From Squalus acanthias (taxonomy: Eukaryota), in contig CM059432.1 of NCBI GenBank assembly GCA_030390025.1, positions 123,630,001 through 123,694,000 of the forward strand: 64,000 bases of DNA, in the 5' to 3' direction. Shown in pieces: positions 23,696 through 37,007 of the stretch (the stretch's first letter is position 1; the number at the start of each line of letters is the position of its first letter). Both the position numbers and the translations under genes were made by a program. Below the pieces are notes generated by a model that was given only the letters and a program-made list of their open reading frames with translations, was not told the origin of the DNA and ran no database searches.

Positions 23696-24859
23696 TCATT
23701 GGAAGCGCTGTCTAATGAGGCGCTCACGCACGGCCCTTACAGAAGCAAGATTGAGTGCCTCCCTCTTCCGTTGCTGCTGCTCCTTCTCCTCTTCATCCTT
23801 CTCCTCCATCTCCTCCTCCTTCTCTCCCTCTTCCTCCTCCTGAGGTGGACATCCAATCCCTGGTGGTAATGGCTGGGTCCTTAGAATGGCCAGGTAGTGC
23901 AGCATGCAGCACACAACGATGAAAAGGGAGACTCGATCGGGGAGTACTGCAGGGCTCCTCCAGAGTGGTCAAGGCAGCGGAACCGTTGCTTTAGCAGCCC
24001 GATAGTCTCTTCGATCAGGTTCCCGGTGGTGCTATGGCTGTCATTGTATGCGTGCTGAGCAGGAGCGTTGGGGGTTACGGAGCGGTGTCATCAGCCAGGT
24101 GGCGAGTGGATAACCCTTGCCTCCGAGCAGCCAGCCGCGAGCTTCATGTGGTGGGTGGAACAGTGCTGGGACACTGGTCTATCGCAGGATGAATGCATCG
24201 TGGCTGCTGCCAGGCGAGGATGATCTGTCTGTGGTCGCACACCAACTGAACGTTCAGAGAGTGGTAGCCTTTGTGGTTACGGAACATCTCTGCATTGTGA
24301 TGAGGTGCCTGCAATGCCACGTGGGTGCAGTCAACAGCGCCCTGAACCATGGGGAAGCCCGCTATCCTTGCAAAGCCACATGAGCGTTTGTCCTGCTTCT
24401 CTCTGGTGATGGGGAATGAGATGTACTCCCTTCTCCTTCTGTAGAGAGCGTCTGTTACCTCCTGGATGCAGCAATGGACGGCGAACTGTGAAATGTTTGC
24501 AATATCCCCCGTTGAAGCCTGGAAGGAGCCGCTGGTGTAGAAATTGAGAGCGACTGTGACCCTCACTGCCACTGACAGAGACGTCCTGGTCCTGAGCTGA
24601 GGCGGGAGGTCTGGCTGCAGGAGGTGGCAGAGCTCTGTGACACTTCCTTGTTGAAGCGGAGCCTTCTAAGGCACTGCTCCTCTGAGAGATGAATGTAGGA
24701 GAAGTGCTCCCGGAATACCCTGGGAGGGTAAGGTCTCCTGTTGCGAGGTCTGTTGGCCCTCCTCCTACCTCTGGCCACATTTGGCAATCTCTGTCTCTGC
24801 GTCCGCTGCCTCTGACATAGTTGCCGGAGGGCAAGGTGGAGTGCCAGTACAGCCCCCAT
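23696..24859 (-). pseudogene. HARBI1-like DDE transposase, disrupted
   Basis: [81 protein letters not shown] (catalytic D reads G), IEETIGLLKQRFRCL, CCMLHYL; frameshifts and an in-frame stop. Confidence 0.95.
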
Positions 24860-26309
24860 AAATGAGAGAAAAGAGGATGGAGAAATGTTCAAAGCAATAC
24901 AAGTGAAGAAACTGTTAGAGCAGCAACAAAGCAAAAATGGAGAAAATGTGAACGCAGCCAAAATGCTATCTGACAAGACAGCAATGAATCTGACCTCCCA
25001 ATGAAGTGATCCCTTTAAATAGCGGCAATCCCAGGTATCAACGCCTGCTATTTCTGTCGCTCTCAGCGCCAGGCGGTAAGTCAGGGGAAGCGACTGAATT
25101 TTGCATCCGGGGCGCTAACAAGGCGTTGCACACTCATTGACGTTACGGTCTGAGTGGTGCCGGTGCTAAATGCCAACTGAATTTCACGGGCGGCGTTGAA
25201 TTGCTGCGCCCGGGCGATAACAGGAGGCGCTAAGGTACTGAATTTCTAGCCCTATTGTACTGCAGTGTTGTGGTGCAATTCAGGCAGAAAGGAGAGGTGG
25301 GGGTTTGATTTTCTTTATAGTGATTTATAGTGATTTCTGTGATTACATCACTGACACAATCCATATGAAGCTGTGGAAAGTGACAAAAAGTGTTGCTTGT
25401 TTTAAAGATGAAAATTCATTGGATAATGGAAATTCCCCATGGATAGCAGGGAATGGTTTATTCCGTATTTAATGCTCAAAAGGTGTGCGGGGGGGGGGGG
25501 GTGGATGGGGGCGGGACGGGAACTTTTGTTCCACATTCTGAAAATTGTGGATGAAATTCCTATTCCGAATTTGAGCAGAAATACAGCTTTTGAAGGACTG
25601 AAGTGACATTAACTTCTCTGTTGATAACAGCATCTACAAAGAGGAATTGCATTTCTGATGCACTTTCATGTAAACCAGCATCTCAGAGCCCTTTACTAAT
25701 GGGGAGGGTTGGATAGTACGCACCAAAGGCGTAGCTGAAGTGAAAGGCTTTTAGTTGGCTTTTGAAGGCAGAGAAGGTGAAGTGGTTTTGGAAGTGATAC
25801 CCAAAGGACACGTGTGTAGAGACTGAAAGGTCAGCCTGTGGTGCTGGAGCGGGGGAGGTGAGGAACCAACCGTAATCCAGAATCAGAGGGAAAAGCTTTT
25901 GTATCAAAATTCAATTATTCAATTATTTTAACTGTGTTCCTCTGTTAAACACCATACACATTTCACAATGCCACTCACCCAGGCATCTGAGAATGATGCA
26001 GGATAACCTGCCTGTAGGATGCGTGCAGTCGCCGTTTTTATTCAATCATTTATCTTCCTTCTATATCACAAAACCTCTGTTCTGCATTCCTACGGTGAGG
26101 AATTGCAGGCACAAAGCTATACCCTGCCTTTTTTATGGGCCTGTACACTAATCCACTAAGTCACTAGGAAGCTCACAACACAGGCTTACGGCCCTTTCAC
26201 TATTAGGGCAAAGCTCTATAACACTTTCCATCTTTACAACAAGCTGAGGATGAATTTGCTCAGGCCTTCAGCTGATCTGCCACTGAGGAAATTCACTCCC
26301 ACTACTTTT

Positions 26310-26950
26310 TTTGTCGCCATTGTCTCCACTACCTTCCCCTTTTGAAGTCGTTGACTCCACGGGTATCGGTTGCCCTGTGCTGTCTCACCCAATTGCTCAT
26401 TATTCATGTGTGAGCCTTGACAGTGAGTGTTGGCAGGTGGGGGCCGAACTCAATCCTGTCGTCACCATGGTTCCCATACAAGTACTTCCATCAGGGGAGT
26501 CATTGGACGGTGGGGAGGGGCAGGAACCCTGACCAATTTAGGGTCGGCCAATTAGGACTGAGATGAGGTGAAATTTCTTCACTCAGAGGGTGGTGAATCT
26601 TTGTAATTCTCCACCCCAGAGTACTGTGGAGGCTCAGTCGTTGAGTATATTAAAGACAGAGAGCGACAGATTTTTGAATATTAAGGGAATCGAGGGATAT
26701 GGGGATAGAGCAGGAAAGTGGAGATGAGGTAGAAGATCAGCCATGATCTTATTGAATGGCAGAGCAGGCTCGAAGGGCCAAATGGCCTACTCCTGCACCT
26801 ATTTCTTATGTTCTTATTTTACCATGCCTAACCCAGAGGCACTGAGTCCAATGCAGTGCCCCTCCTGAACTGGCCACTGACCAGAGATCTATCCTGGGTC
26901 TCCCTGGCCTGTATGGCTCACCCGCTCACTGGCGAAACTCATGAGCCATC
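26310..26950 (-). mobile_element. Old SINE-like repeat (same family as 4225-4640), interrupted by CR1
   Basis: Shared blocks on both sides of the CR1 insert. Confidence 0.55.
26540..26817 (+). mobile_element. CR1-clade LINE 3' end
   Basis: Encodes decayed NFFTQRVVNL..SP; 3' UTR ends ggcctactcctgcacctatttcttatgttctta. Confidence 0.88.
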
Positions 26951-27765
26951 AGGGAAGTCCTTAACATCCATTTTATATCACTTTCAAACAATGCCTTATT
27001 TGGGAGCAGGGCTACTGTTGTCCTTCATTTCTCAATGTTCCCTAAATGTTCATTATTGCGCACATACAGCATTGTACATAAAGTGCTTCAGGTAATGTTT
27101 TGTCGATTTGAATTAAAACGGCTATCTGATGAGACATTTCTGGCGGCGTTAGCATTCTATCTTGTTTTGTGAGGCACATTAAGTTAGCTTTGTAGGCACT
27201 CTATAATATTACATGCCATATTAGATGTTTGCTGTTGGCAAGATTTTCAGTAGCAAACGTGTTCTCTGGAGCAATTCGGAATTGTTTGCAGTGCTATGAC
27301 TACGGCGGCGAGAATATAAATGAAATAGCACCATTTATGGGAAGGCGAGATCCTCCTTCAAGAATAAATGGAAGACGGTTTGAAAGGCAGACAGTCGTCC
27401 TCGTACTGAAGCTGATTGATTTACATTCGCTCTTGGATGTGGCAGCTTTCTCATGAACTTTAAGGCATTGCAAATAAATCTGATCAAAGGCTGTGACAGT
27501 CATATTGCAGGTGTTGGCAGCTATTGTTAAGCACTGATGCCACTTGCCTATCAGAGATTTTTCGTTGGAAGCAAGAGTGATGTGCTGAGAAAATAACAGT
27601 TCAGGGTGCAATCTGCTGAATTAATACAGCAATGCACCATACAAATTGTGAACTAATTTCAAAATAGAGAACGTTTGTGTGGAAGGCATTTTGAATTGAA
27701 TTTTATTTAAGTTCCTTTCCAGGAGGGTAGCCAGCGCCATGAAGCCACACCTCGTCATGACTTAA

Positions 27766-28178
27766 CAACAGAAAACGCTGGAAAAACTCAGCAGGCGAGG
27801 CAGCATCCGTGGAGAGAGAAACAGAGTTAACATTTCAGGTCGAAGACCTTTCGTCAGAACTAGAAATAGCAGGAAATGAAATAGATTTAAGGCAAGGATA
27901 AATCTGGGAAAAGGGGGAGGGGATGAAAGAACAAAAGGAGAGATTAAGAGACATTAAGAGATGATCAAGGCAAGAGGTGGTGTTAATGTGACAGGTTGAG
28001 GCTAAAAGAAGTGTGAAATGCACTGGCAGAATGAAGGACAGCTGCCAGCTTCTAGGAGGGAAAAAAAAGTGTGTGGGGGGGGGTGCAAACAAAAGGGTGG
28101 ATGAAAAAATAAAATATAAATGTGATTGGGGCTGAGGTTATGATCTAAAATTGTGGAACTCGATATTGAGTCCAGAGG
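27766..28178 (-). mobile_element. 5'-truncated Penelope 3' end
   Basis: Homologous to 10869-11290; 16-bp TSD CCTCGTCATGACTTAA. Confidence 0.9.
27825..27861 (-). ncRNA. Minimal hammerhead ribozyme motif
   Basis: AGUU-CUGACGA-A-AGGUC-UUC-GACCU-GAAA-UG-UU-AACU (stem III palindrome altered by CpG-type decay). Confidence 0.7.
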
Positions 28179-28499
28179 CCTCGTCATGACTTAATGCCTT
28201 GAGGACAGGAAGGGAGAAGCCTGGGAGAAGTAGGCTTCTACACAGTCAATTTTAGAAATACTTCATATCCTGATGTCTGAATGCTATCTACATTATTTTT
28301 AACCTGCCTCCACTTTCCAACTTAGGCGTTGCTGATGGAAGTGACGTAGAACCAGAGGCCAGAGGAATCAGGAAATAGGAGCACAGGAACAGGAACAGGC
28401 CATTCAGCCCCTCGAGCCTGTTCCATCATTCAATGAGATCATGGCTGATCTGATAGGACGGAGCACCAGATCATTTAGTGATTACCCTTTATACACGGT

Positions 28500-28667
28500 G
28501 GGCTAGATTTTGACATTGTGCGATAATGTAAACCAATGACGGCGAATCAGCAGCCCATTTTCGTCTATCTCTATTTTTATTTCCACTGAAGTCGGGAGAG
28601 ATGTTAAACGTACTGCCGATTCGCTATCACCCATTTTACACAATCACACAAAGGCAAAATCTACCCC
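28500..28667. mobile_element. Short palindromic Harbinger-type MITE
   Basis: GGGCTAGATTTTG ... CAAAATCTACCCC; interior matches 5742-5838 and 30801-30976. Confidence 0.75.
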
Positions 28668-29059
28668 TCTGTGTGCACTTTTGGCAAAGCGAAAACAGGT
28701 GCATGCTTCATTCCAACATTAAAATCAATGGTAACGGCATGTAGTTAAGTGCAAACGCACTTTCCTGGATTCTCTCCCATTAGTCTTGCCCATATAAAGT
28801 GGGTCTTGCAGGAAGGGCGATTCAGCACTGCCAGGACATCAACATATAAAGGGAGACCTGTGATCTTTGTGTGCTAGACCTTGAATCTATAGCTTAAGTT
28901 GCCATTTGTGGTGCAGGTTATCTTTGTTGCGCTATTTGTGCCAGGTTATTTTTCTTGGATCTGGGACAAGAATTTAGGCAAAGATATTTTTGGTTCAAAA
29001 AGCTGAATTTTACAACAGGACCATTCCAATGGCAATCCCATTATATTTATAGTTATCTG

Positions 29060-29240
29060 GAGGAAGAACGAGAGGAAATGATGGATACCAGGCAGGTGAG
29101 ATCACACCTGAGATGGACAGCCTGCACCTACCGCTGCCTACAAGCCTGTATCTACAGCCAGAGCCACGTTTAACTTGACACGTCTGGGGAAAACTGTTTT
29201 CAGATGGTGCACGTCACTCAAGAGGCCAGATATGTACCGT
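29060..29240 (+). pseudogene. Highly decayed Harbinger transposase N-terminal remnant
   Basis: YRCLQACIYSQSHV*LDTSGENCFQMVHVTQEA aligns loosely with RPYPPRVFREHFSYIHLSEEQCLRRLRFNKEV of the 24-kb transposase. Confidence 0.35.
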
Positions 29241-29515
29241 TTGCTAGAAACGGAACCCCGCCCTCCGCTAAATTCGGCAGGGCCTGCAGGAAACCCGTTC
29301 TCTTGGGTTTCACGACTGCTTGCCAGTCCCCCTGCTCCCAAACCGCCTTCCCCATTACAATCCAGCCCATTCTTCCCATGGGCTCCTCCGAGGAAGCCCA
29401 AGCTGAGTTGAAACTTGTGCTCCCAGTGTGGAAAATGGTGCGGAACCAGCTGCCGGGTATGTTATGATGGACATGATTTAGGGTTCTTTATGAGATAGTC
29501 GTAATGCTGAGATGG

Positions 29516-30310
29516 GGGGGGCTAGAAATCAGTTGACGCTGCACCCATTTTACAGGTGTATAACGTGTGTCTAAGCATCCAATATGGCGGGGACTGTGGA
29601 CGTGCAAATTCCACACCGGAAGTGCGCTATCGCATATTGGTAAAAGCTGAAGTATAGGCGTTCAGGGCCAGCCCCTGAAACAGGCATTGGGCCCTTTGCA
29701 AATGAGGGCTAACGTCTGTTTCGGGACCTCTTCCAAAAATTGGGCTGCCCTGAATGTAGCCGGTGCCAGGCCTGCTGCATTCTGGATAACCAACTCTACT
29801 TGCGGCCTAACCAGTAGTCTTTAAAGGGACCTCTGGAGGTCGCCATCAAAAAAATAAGATTCAAGAAAACATTCCCTGAACATAGCGGCGAGAGAAGCAG
29901 GAGCGCTCTGGCCAGATTCACAGCAATCCCAAAGAACATTGCCGGCTCACGCTCAGCCCCCTCCCAATCGCCCCCTTGATCGCCTTGCGATCGACTCCCC
30001 CTCCCCTCCCGATCGCCTCCACCCCTCCGGATAACACCCAGCTCCCTCCCAATTACCACCCCCCACCCACCCCGCCTCCTTCCAGGACCTACCTGAGGGC
30101 TGCCGCCAGCGATATAGTGACCCAAAATCTAAATCCGCTGCGCCAGTGAGCTGCCTGGGGATGGGCAGCAGGTGTTCGCAGCTGGCCAGTCTAATTTAAA
30201 TGAGGCCCGAGGCCCAATACCGAGAACTCTCGGGCCTACCCATTCCGGCACAGGGATCGCTTCAAGCGATCAGTTCGTGCCAGAAGGATGTCGCTATCCA
30301 ATTTCACCCC
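29516..30310. mobile_element. Harbinger-type MITE
   Basis: GGGGCTAGAAAT ... AATTTCACCCC; homologous to the fragment at 150-373. Confidence 0.7.
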
Positions 30311-30469
30311 TGTGATCTTTGTTGTATATAGTTGTCAGTCTAATCTAGCAGCTTGTGTTACTATCAATGTTCTCTTTATATGAACTATCATATAAATTTA
30401 TGGAATAGACATAAAGGTTCACAGTAAATTTGCACACAGGCCTTTGTCCTTCATGGACATCCTTAACAG

Positions 30470-30790
30470 TTTGTTTGCAGCACCTCCCAAACCCGCGACC
30501 TCTCCACCTGGAAGGACAAGGGCAGCAGGCGCATGGGAACACCACCACCTCCAAGTTCCCCTCCAAGTCACACACCACCCTGACTTGGAAATATATCGCT
30601 ATTCCTTCATCGTCGCTGGATCAAAATCTTGGAACTCCCTCTCTAACAGCACTGTGGGAGTACCTTCACCACACGGACTGCAGCGGTTCAAGAAGGCGGC
30701 TCACCACCACCACCTTCTCGAGGGCAATTAGGGATGGGCAATAAATGCTGGCCTTGCCAACGATGCCCAAATCCCGTGAACAAATAAAAA
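30470..30790 (+). mobile_element. CR1/L2-group LINE 3' end
   Basis: Encodes YSFIVAGSKSWNSLSNSTV...LQRFKKAAH (ORF2 C-terminus) plus 3' UTR. Confidence 0.85.
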
Positions 30791-30800
30791 CATACATAAC

Positions 30801-30976
30801 AGGGGTGAAATTGGCCTTGGGCAGTCATGTAAAATGGGCAATAATGAATCAGCAGCCTGTTTGATATCCCGCCCAATATTTTTCCATTGACTTCGATAGA
30901 AAAGAGAAGGTGTAAAACAGCCTGCTCATTCACTGTCGCCCCTTTTGAATTACCGTTCAAGACCCATTTCACCCCC
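30801..30976. mobile_element. Short palindromic Harbinger-type MITE
   Basis: AGGGGTGAAAT / ATTTCACCCCC, TSD AAC. Confidence 0.8.
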
Positions 30977-32222
30977 AACGTATTGAATATGCTGCAACAT
31001 AGATTTACGTGTATGTTATTTTATAAATAGATTGTATCCAAGGCCAAAGCCATTATATTAGCTTGCTTTACTGTGCTCTTACAATAAAGAAAGGAGGACA
31101 ATTAACCTCTGGGAGTTCACAATTGATATTTTTATTTAAAAAGAAACAAGATCAAATAATGATTAACAAAGGAGCTGGGCATATTGTAGGAATTTATTAA
31201 ACACATTTTTTTTTAATCCTTATCTTCAAAAGAAAAGAAACCATGCTGCTCTGTTGCCTTCGGTTCCTTCCAGTTTACCCAGTCTGATCAACAACACACC
31301 CACGTCACTGTAACACGATCAGCTGTTGCCTCTAGTACTGAAGCGCTTTGATTTTACAGTTTGGATCAGGAGCCATTTGCACTTGCTGAAGCACATTTCT
31401 CCAATCAGTTCCGTGGAATCGTTTTCAGTCTGAGTTCATGTACTCGTCAAGCTGTGTGTATTTTATGTTAAAGGAGCATTAGCACCTCATTTGGGGATTC
31501 TCAGGCTGGCTCAGTTCCTGGTACCGCCAGGAACAGTCTGCTCCAAAAACCTCACTGTTGCAAAAAACCATGTTGGCCACTGGACAATGTTTGCACCTTT
31601 ACAGACGCCATATGTGCTGAAGCACAGGCTTTGTGGATTTTGTATTTTAACTTTGTAAAAGATACATTTGAAAACCCAAACTTAATTGCCAACATAACAT
31701 GAAGTGGCTGGCAGGATATTTTACCGTGACAACCCTGCCCCTTTAAATAGATAAAGAACACATTTTTAAAAATCTATATTAAAGTGTATTCTCATAATTT
31801 TATACATTTTATCCTTTTTAGCTATTTCACATAATAAGAATGCATTAACAAATGAATGGTATAAAACATTTTCATGTGAGCAGTTACTGAGCTGTTGGCT
31901 GTTGTTTTTGTCATCTACAGACACTGCCACACAGTTTGTTAGTAAGGATAAGGATTTGTATTTCTTCTGGGTTCTCTTATGAAATTTGTGTATTCACAAA
32001 GCCGATCTGATCTCGATTGCCATCCCAATTATGCACCAAGACAGTTGAGAGACACAGATCCAGTGTAATGTTTGGGAAAATGGATTTATAAGCATTGCTA
32101 CTAATCAGGTAGTTCCCATCTCCCCTCGTGTTGGTCAGTTGGCAAACACTGTACACATGTTGTTCTATTTGGAGTTGGAAACCCTTCTAATCACATCATT
32201 GCCTTCAAAAGCAAAATAAAAT

Positions 32223-32917
32223 GGGCCGGATTTTGCGGTTAGCAGCAAACGAACAGCACCAGCCACTCGTTACACTTGCATTTGCCCATAGACTTTCTGT
32301 GCACTGTCCAAAAAGTGCAGCGCCCTCTACTGGTTCCTGTGTGAACAGGGCAAGCAACCGTGTATCTCCTTAACCAATCAGATTGAAGAGCTGTTAATAA
32401 GTAGCGCTGAGTCTGAACCAGGATGTGTCAGTTAGATTATTGAATTCAATGTCAAATCAGGTACAGAAAGCAAAATAAAGAGAGGGAAAGAAAGATTGCA
32501 TTAAGAGAAAGAGATAAAAGAGACAGAAAGAAAAAGTTAGAAAAAATGTTTATTTAAATTTTTTATTGTTTTACATCCATCTCTAACAATAATTAAAATC
32601 TGAAGGAATGAGACTCCACACGTGTTAAAGTTAATTTTCCGTGCCAGAGAGGTTGTTCGGCAGTAATTAAGGCTTTCCATGCAGTTAAAAGGGTAGTTAA
32701 TGGACAAGCAGCCCTAACTTTTTCTGGCGTGTTTAGTATGTATATATCAGTTAAGTACAGCTTCACTACCGAGTCTCTTGGCGAGATATCGTTATCGCGC
32801 AGCTTCTGTAGGAGCAGGGCATCTTGGACAGCAACTTCCTGATTTACGCATTTAACTGCGCACGTGGGGTCGCTGGAAATTGCTGTCCGATTTTCACGTT
32901 ATCGCAAAATCCGGCCC
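32223..32917. mobile_element. Harbinger-type MITE
   Basis: Perfect 15-bp TIR GGGCCGGATTTTGCG / CGCAAAATCCGGCCC, TSD AAT. Confidence 0.9.
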
Positions 32918-35384
32918 AATGAGTTTTCCTAAAGGGTCAAAAGTTTGAAATTGTACATGTTTTGGTGGAAACCAAGTGTAAAGTTGATGGAGCAGGTTTT
33001 GCCCTCGCCCGACTTGGCTGCCATTGTCTACGGCCTATTTTTCCGGGGTCAAGCTAAAATGTAAATAATTTTGGTAGGCTCCCTAGCAGGATATCTTCCT
33101 TGGTGGGTGAGGGGGGGGGGGGGGTGTGGAGGGGGGCGATTGAGGGGAGAAATGGAAAATTGCTCACGTAGGTCTCTGGAGCCCGCAGCCGTAGAGCTGG
33201 ACAGTTGAAAAGGAGGGCCTTTTTAAAAAAAAAACTTAAAAATTGCTCATTTGCTGAGTGCAGGCCTTAACCGGGCCTTTTAAAGCTTAAAACCCGTCCT
33301 GCCGCCACTGCAACACTGGACCCCAGGAATATGCTGCCGTTTCTTGTGTTTCTTGCTGCAAGAGTAATGCATTAAAATGCAAAGTATGATGTCAATCTGT
33401 CATCACTATTTGAGTGCACCTGGCCATATTTAGGCTGACCTATTCAATGGCTGCTTCAACTTCCAGTGAAAAATTTTGGACATGATGGAGGTTGGCGAGA
33501 AGCTGGCAGAACATCTGGTTTCCTGACCTCACTGGAATAGGGCAGAATTCCAGCAGAAAATTGGCCTTCTCCATTCTGTTTCCCAATTTACTCTCAAGGC
33601 AGGTCCAAGATTTTCTTCGGCTCCAGTGGAGAAGTATCCTGGCCCTGTTTGATGTCTGCTCCAATGGCACAGCTAAAATTAGAATTTGCTGGGCTGGTAA
33701 CCACAAGCGCAAGTTGCCATTGCGGGGCACAGCACTACAGGACAGCCTAACTTAACTTACCATCTGAACTGTTGCACGTGGAATAAGAGTTATGCCCCAG
33801 GTATACTCTGGGCCTGATGGCCACTTTAGTCGTGCCTTCCATAACCGCCTTAGCCCTCTGACTTCCTGAATGTAAGTTGCGTCACTTGATTGAATTGTCA
33901 ATTGTAATTAGAGTGCTTTATTGCATTATTTGAGTGTTTAATTGTGTCTAAATAATAAAAAGTAAATTTCCACCGTGTTGCCTCTCTCCAATTCTATCCC
34001 CACTTCCTGGTTTCTCGACCTTCAGATTCAACTTAAGGCCTGTTTATAGGTGGCAATGAAAATCAAAGTGCAGTTTGATTTTAAAATGACAAATGAAATA
34101 GCAATTTGCTGCACTCGAAATTAGTCAAACACTCGTCAACTTGAGCAATCAGATTATCGCAATGGAACAGACACATTCGAAGACTTATGGTTTGGATGAA
34201 TTAATTTCAGGAGGTTGAGCAGATGACTGAACGACTCGTGATATACTTACACTCCCCAACTACAAGAATCCCAGGAATGGATCAATCGCTTTCAAAAAAA
34301 TGAAATGAAATTAGGTTTCTCTTATTAGTTAGATGCTACCAATTTATTGTCCCAATCAATAACCCGATCAGCAAACACATTTGAGCACGTTATTTAAATG
34401 CAATCAGGGAATGCACCCTTTAATTACATGGTTGCCAGGCCATTTTGACCATTATTTTCAGTCTGAGTGGCAGCCCTGTGACAATTGGTTTAAATGCAGG
34501 AAAATGGAGATTGCAATTGATTTTAACGGGGTGGAGACGGTAATAAAATTCGCACTGTTTCAGCAAGGGTAGCAGCGGAGCGGTACAGAGAGTACCAGGA
34601 AATTTTGGTGTGTACTGGCGTAAGTCATGTGCACCGTAATTTCCTTGAAAATCAACGTCACAGTAATGACCTACGCCTTGGTTTCGTTATTACTATTGTG
34701 TGAGTTTTCAGGAAATTCGAGGCTGTAGAATTTGATATCCATCGCGTCTGTGCAGCAATCTGAAGAGCTATTCACTTTGCCCCATTGAACTGCCCTTCCC
34801 CCAATCGATGTAAAAATGTCCTTTTTCAAATATTTATTCCCCTTTCCTTTTAAAAGCTGACCTGGATTCTGTTTCATCTACTTTGCTTTAGTGAAATGTT
34901 TCTGATGGGGGATTTCATGTCCTAGCATTGTGTATTACCGTGGAATTTATCTATCTAGCTATAACGGGTAATGAAACACTATAGCTGATTTTATATTGGT
35001 TTCAGTGAGGTGTTTGCAGTGTCAGTTCCCAAAATGTGGGTCTCATGCAGCCAGCAGCGACTCCGATGTAAATCCATCAGATTCGCAAAGTTTACGCCTT
35101 CCTGGACGCAGTCTTAGTGAGCTGGCAGATTTATACTGGGATGCCTTGCAAACACCCCACTGACACCAGAATGAAAGCAGCTTATTTATTTTCCCGGAAT
35201 CAATCAAACATCACCGCTTCATTGTCTCTCAGGAGTTCTTTTACAAGCCTCTTTCCAAATTCTTTCAGGGTGGAGCTGCACTCTCCTCCCCAACTTCAAA
35301 ATTCCAAACAGCAGCAGCATAATCTCACTGTGAGCAGCGCTATGGGAGATCTGCTACTATTATCTTATTGTGACTACACTCATC

Positions 35385-36244
35385 GGCCCTGATTTTAAAA
35401 GGGGAAGAAAGAAAGAAAGAACTTGTATTTCTATAGTGCCTTTCACGACCTCAGGACATCCCAAAGCGCTTTACAGCCAATGAAGTACTTTTTTGAAGTG
35501 CAGTCACTGTTGGGGAGCTGGAACAGTGCGCGCGAGCCCCAAAGCGGGTGACACACCCAGAGAGTCCAGGGACGTGGAGGCCCTGTCGATCTTAATGGCA
35601 GGGCCTCATTAACATTAAAGCTCCTGGAATCCCGCCCGACACTACGCAGAAATTTGGCCGCAGGAGGCCGCAGCCGGGGCCTCGTGGGAATACTCCCCAG
35701 CAGTCAGTTGGAGGAGGGGTTCCAGGGCAATTGGGGTTGGGAGGGTGGGGGGGGGGGGCGGTGGTATTCCAACGAGTGCGTGGGAGTGACGTTCCAGCGA
35801 AAGCGGGGATTGGGGGGGGCGGTGGGGAGGCCGGGGCAGGGGAGGCCCAAGGTCTCCTTGCGGGCCCTGGGGTGAGCACTTGGCCCAAAAGGAGTTCTGA
35901 GAAAATAAATTTTTAAAAACTTATTTTGGCCTCTTCTAGCCAGTGGGCGCCCCCCTGCTCCCCCCCCCCCACCCCCACCGAGGTTGTGCTGCCGGACCAC
36001 AGAAGTGCGGGACACCCCCTGATTGAAGTCGCGGTCCCGATGATGCCATCGGGCCGTGACTTTCGAATATTGAGTAGGCCCCCGCCTGCCTTTAGCGGAA
36101 ACCCCGTCAATGGCCTGATTCTCCGTCATAAACATTACGGCAACCGGGAATGTGACGGGTTGGAGCCGGGGGACAGAATTTTCAAATTTTAACCCCTCCC
36201 CAAACACTATTCCCGCTGGGCATGGGGGGTTAAAAATCCTGGCC
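35385..36244. mobile_element. Harbinger-type MITE carrying a Deu-SINE 3' tail insertion (35407-35511, minus)
   Basis: GGCCCTGATTTTAA / TTAAAAATCCTGGCC; the insert matches 9419-9515. Confidence 0.7.
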
Positions 36245-37007
36245 AAAGGAACAACTTGTGGTCTGCTTTTATAGACTTCTTCTATTTTAACTTGGGACAC
36301 GCATTGTGCCAGAGTTCTTAATTAAAGTACGGAAGCTATCTAGATGAAATCAAACACTGCAACAAATATCTGTATCATCCATCCTGGCAAAAAAAAACCT
36401 AAAACAGCGTGGCAGCGACACAGAAGACCTGTAGCTGAGAATGTGCTCGTTTATTTTCTTATACATTTCTCAGAAGCCTCTAGGCTTTAGCAGGTGGCAA
36501 GGTCCAGGTAGTGACCAGCAAGAGCTGCATGCCAATTAGTGCAGGAGAGACACTCAGTGCTGCTGGTGACGTTTGAGCTGATGATAGAACAAATGTTCTG
36601 TTTTCAATCTGTGCTCGCACTTGACCTGTTCTTGTGACAAATGCATTCACTCCCACGGCCGTAACCGCATCTACTTGACTATAACGAGGGTCATGGACCA
36701 TGAGGAATAGCACACGTTTTTTTCCCCCCCACCCCCCCCCTCTGCTGGCTCTCTATGAAATTTATGAAAATGCTTTTCATTGTTGAAAGAATTATTTATT
36801 TTCCTCCTGCTTTCTTCAGCGGAGGCTGCAGTGTGGTCAGATTTATATTGAATTACTGTGGCAGACTATAATCAGTTAGTTTAATCAAATAACAGTGCTT
36901 CACACTACAGTGCCTGCAACTTTTTGATGATATCCAAGTGGGTTTTAAGGAAAATGCTAATGTTAAATTAATTGATAATTTATGGCAGGGATGTTATGGC
37001 AGAGTGT

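Larger units (their letters stand above)
21873..25252. mobile_element. PIF/Harbinger transposon, decayed and probably chimeric
   Basis: Convergent ORF2 exon and DDE transposase; ends GGCCCAGATTTT and (reverse complement) GGGCTAGAAATT, with TAT on both flanks. Confidence 0.85.

Noticed and set aside
23696..24859. Domesticated host HARBI1 gene
   Set aside because: Frameshifts, a stop, a lost catalytic Asp, and terminal repeats with a TSD indicate a dead transposon copy.
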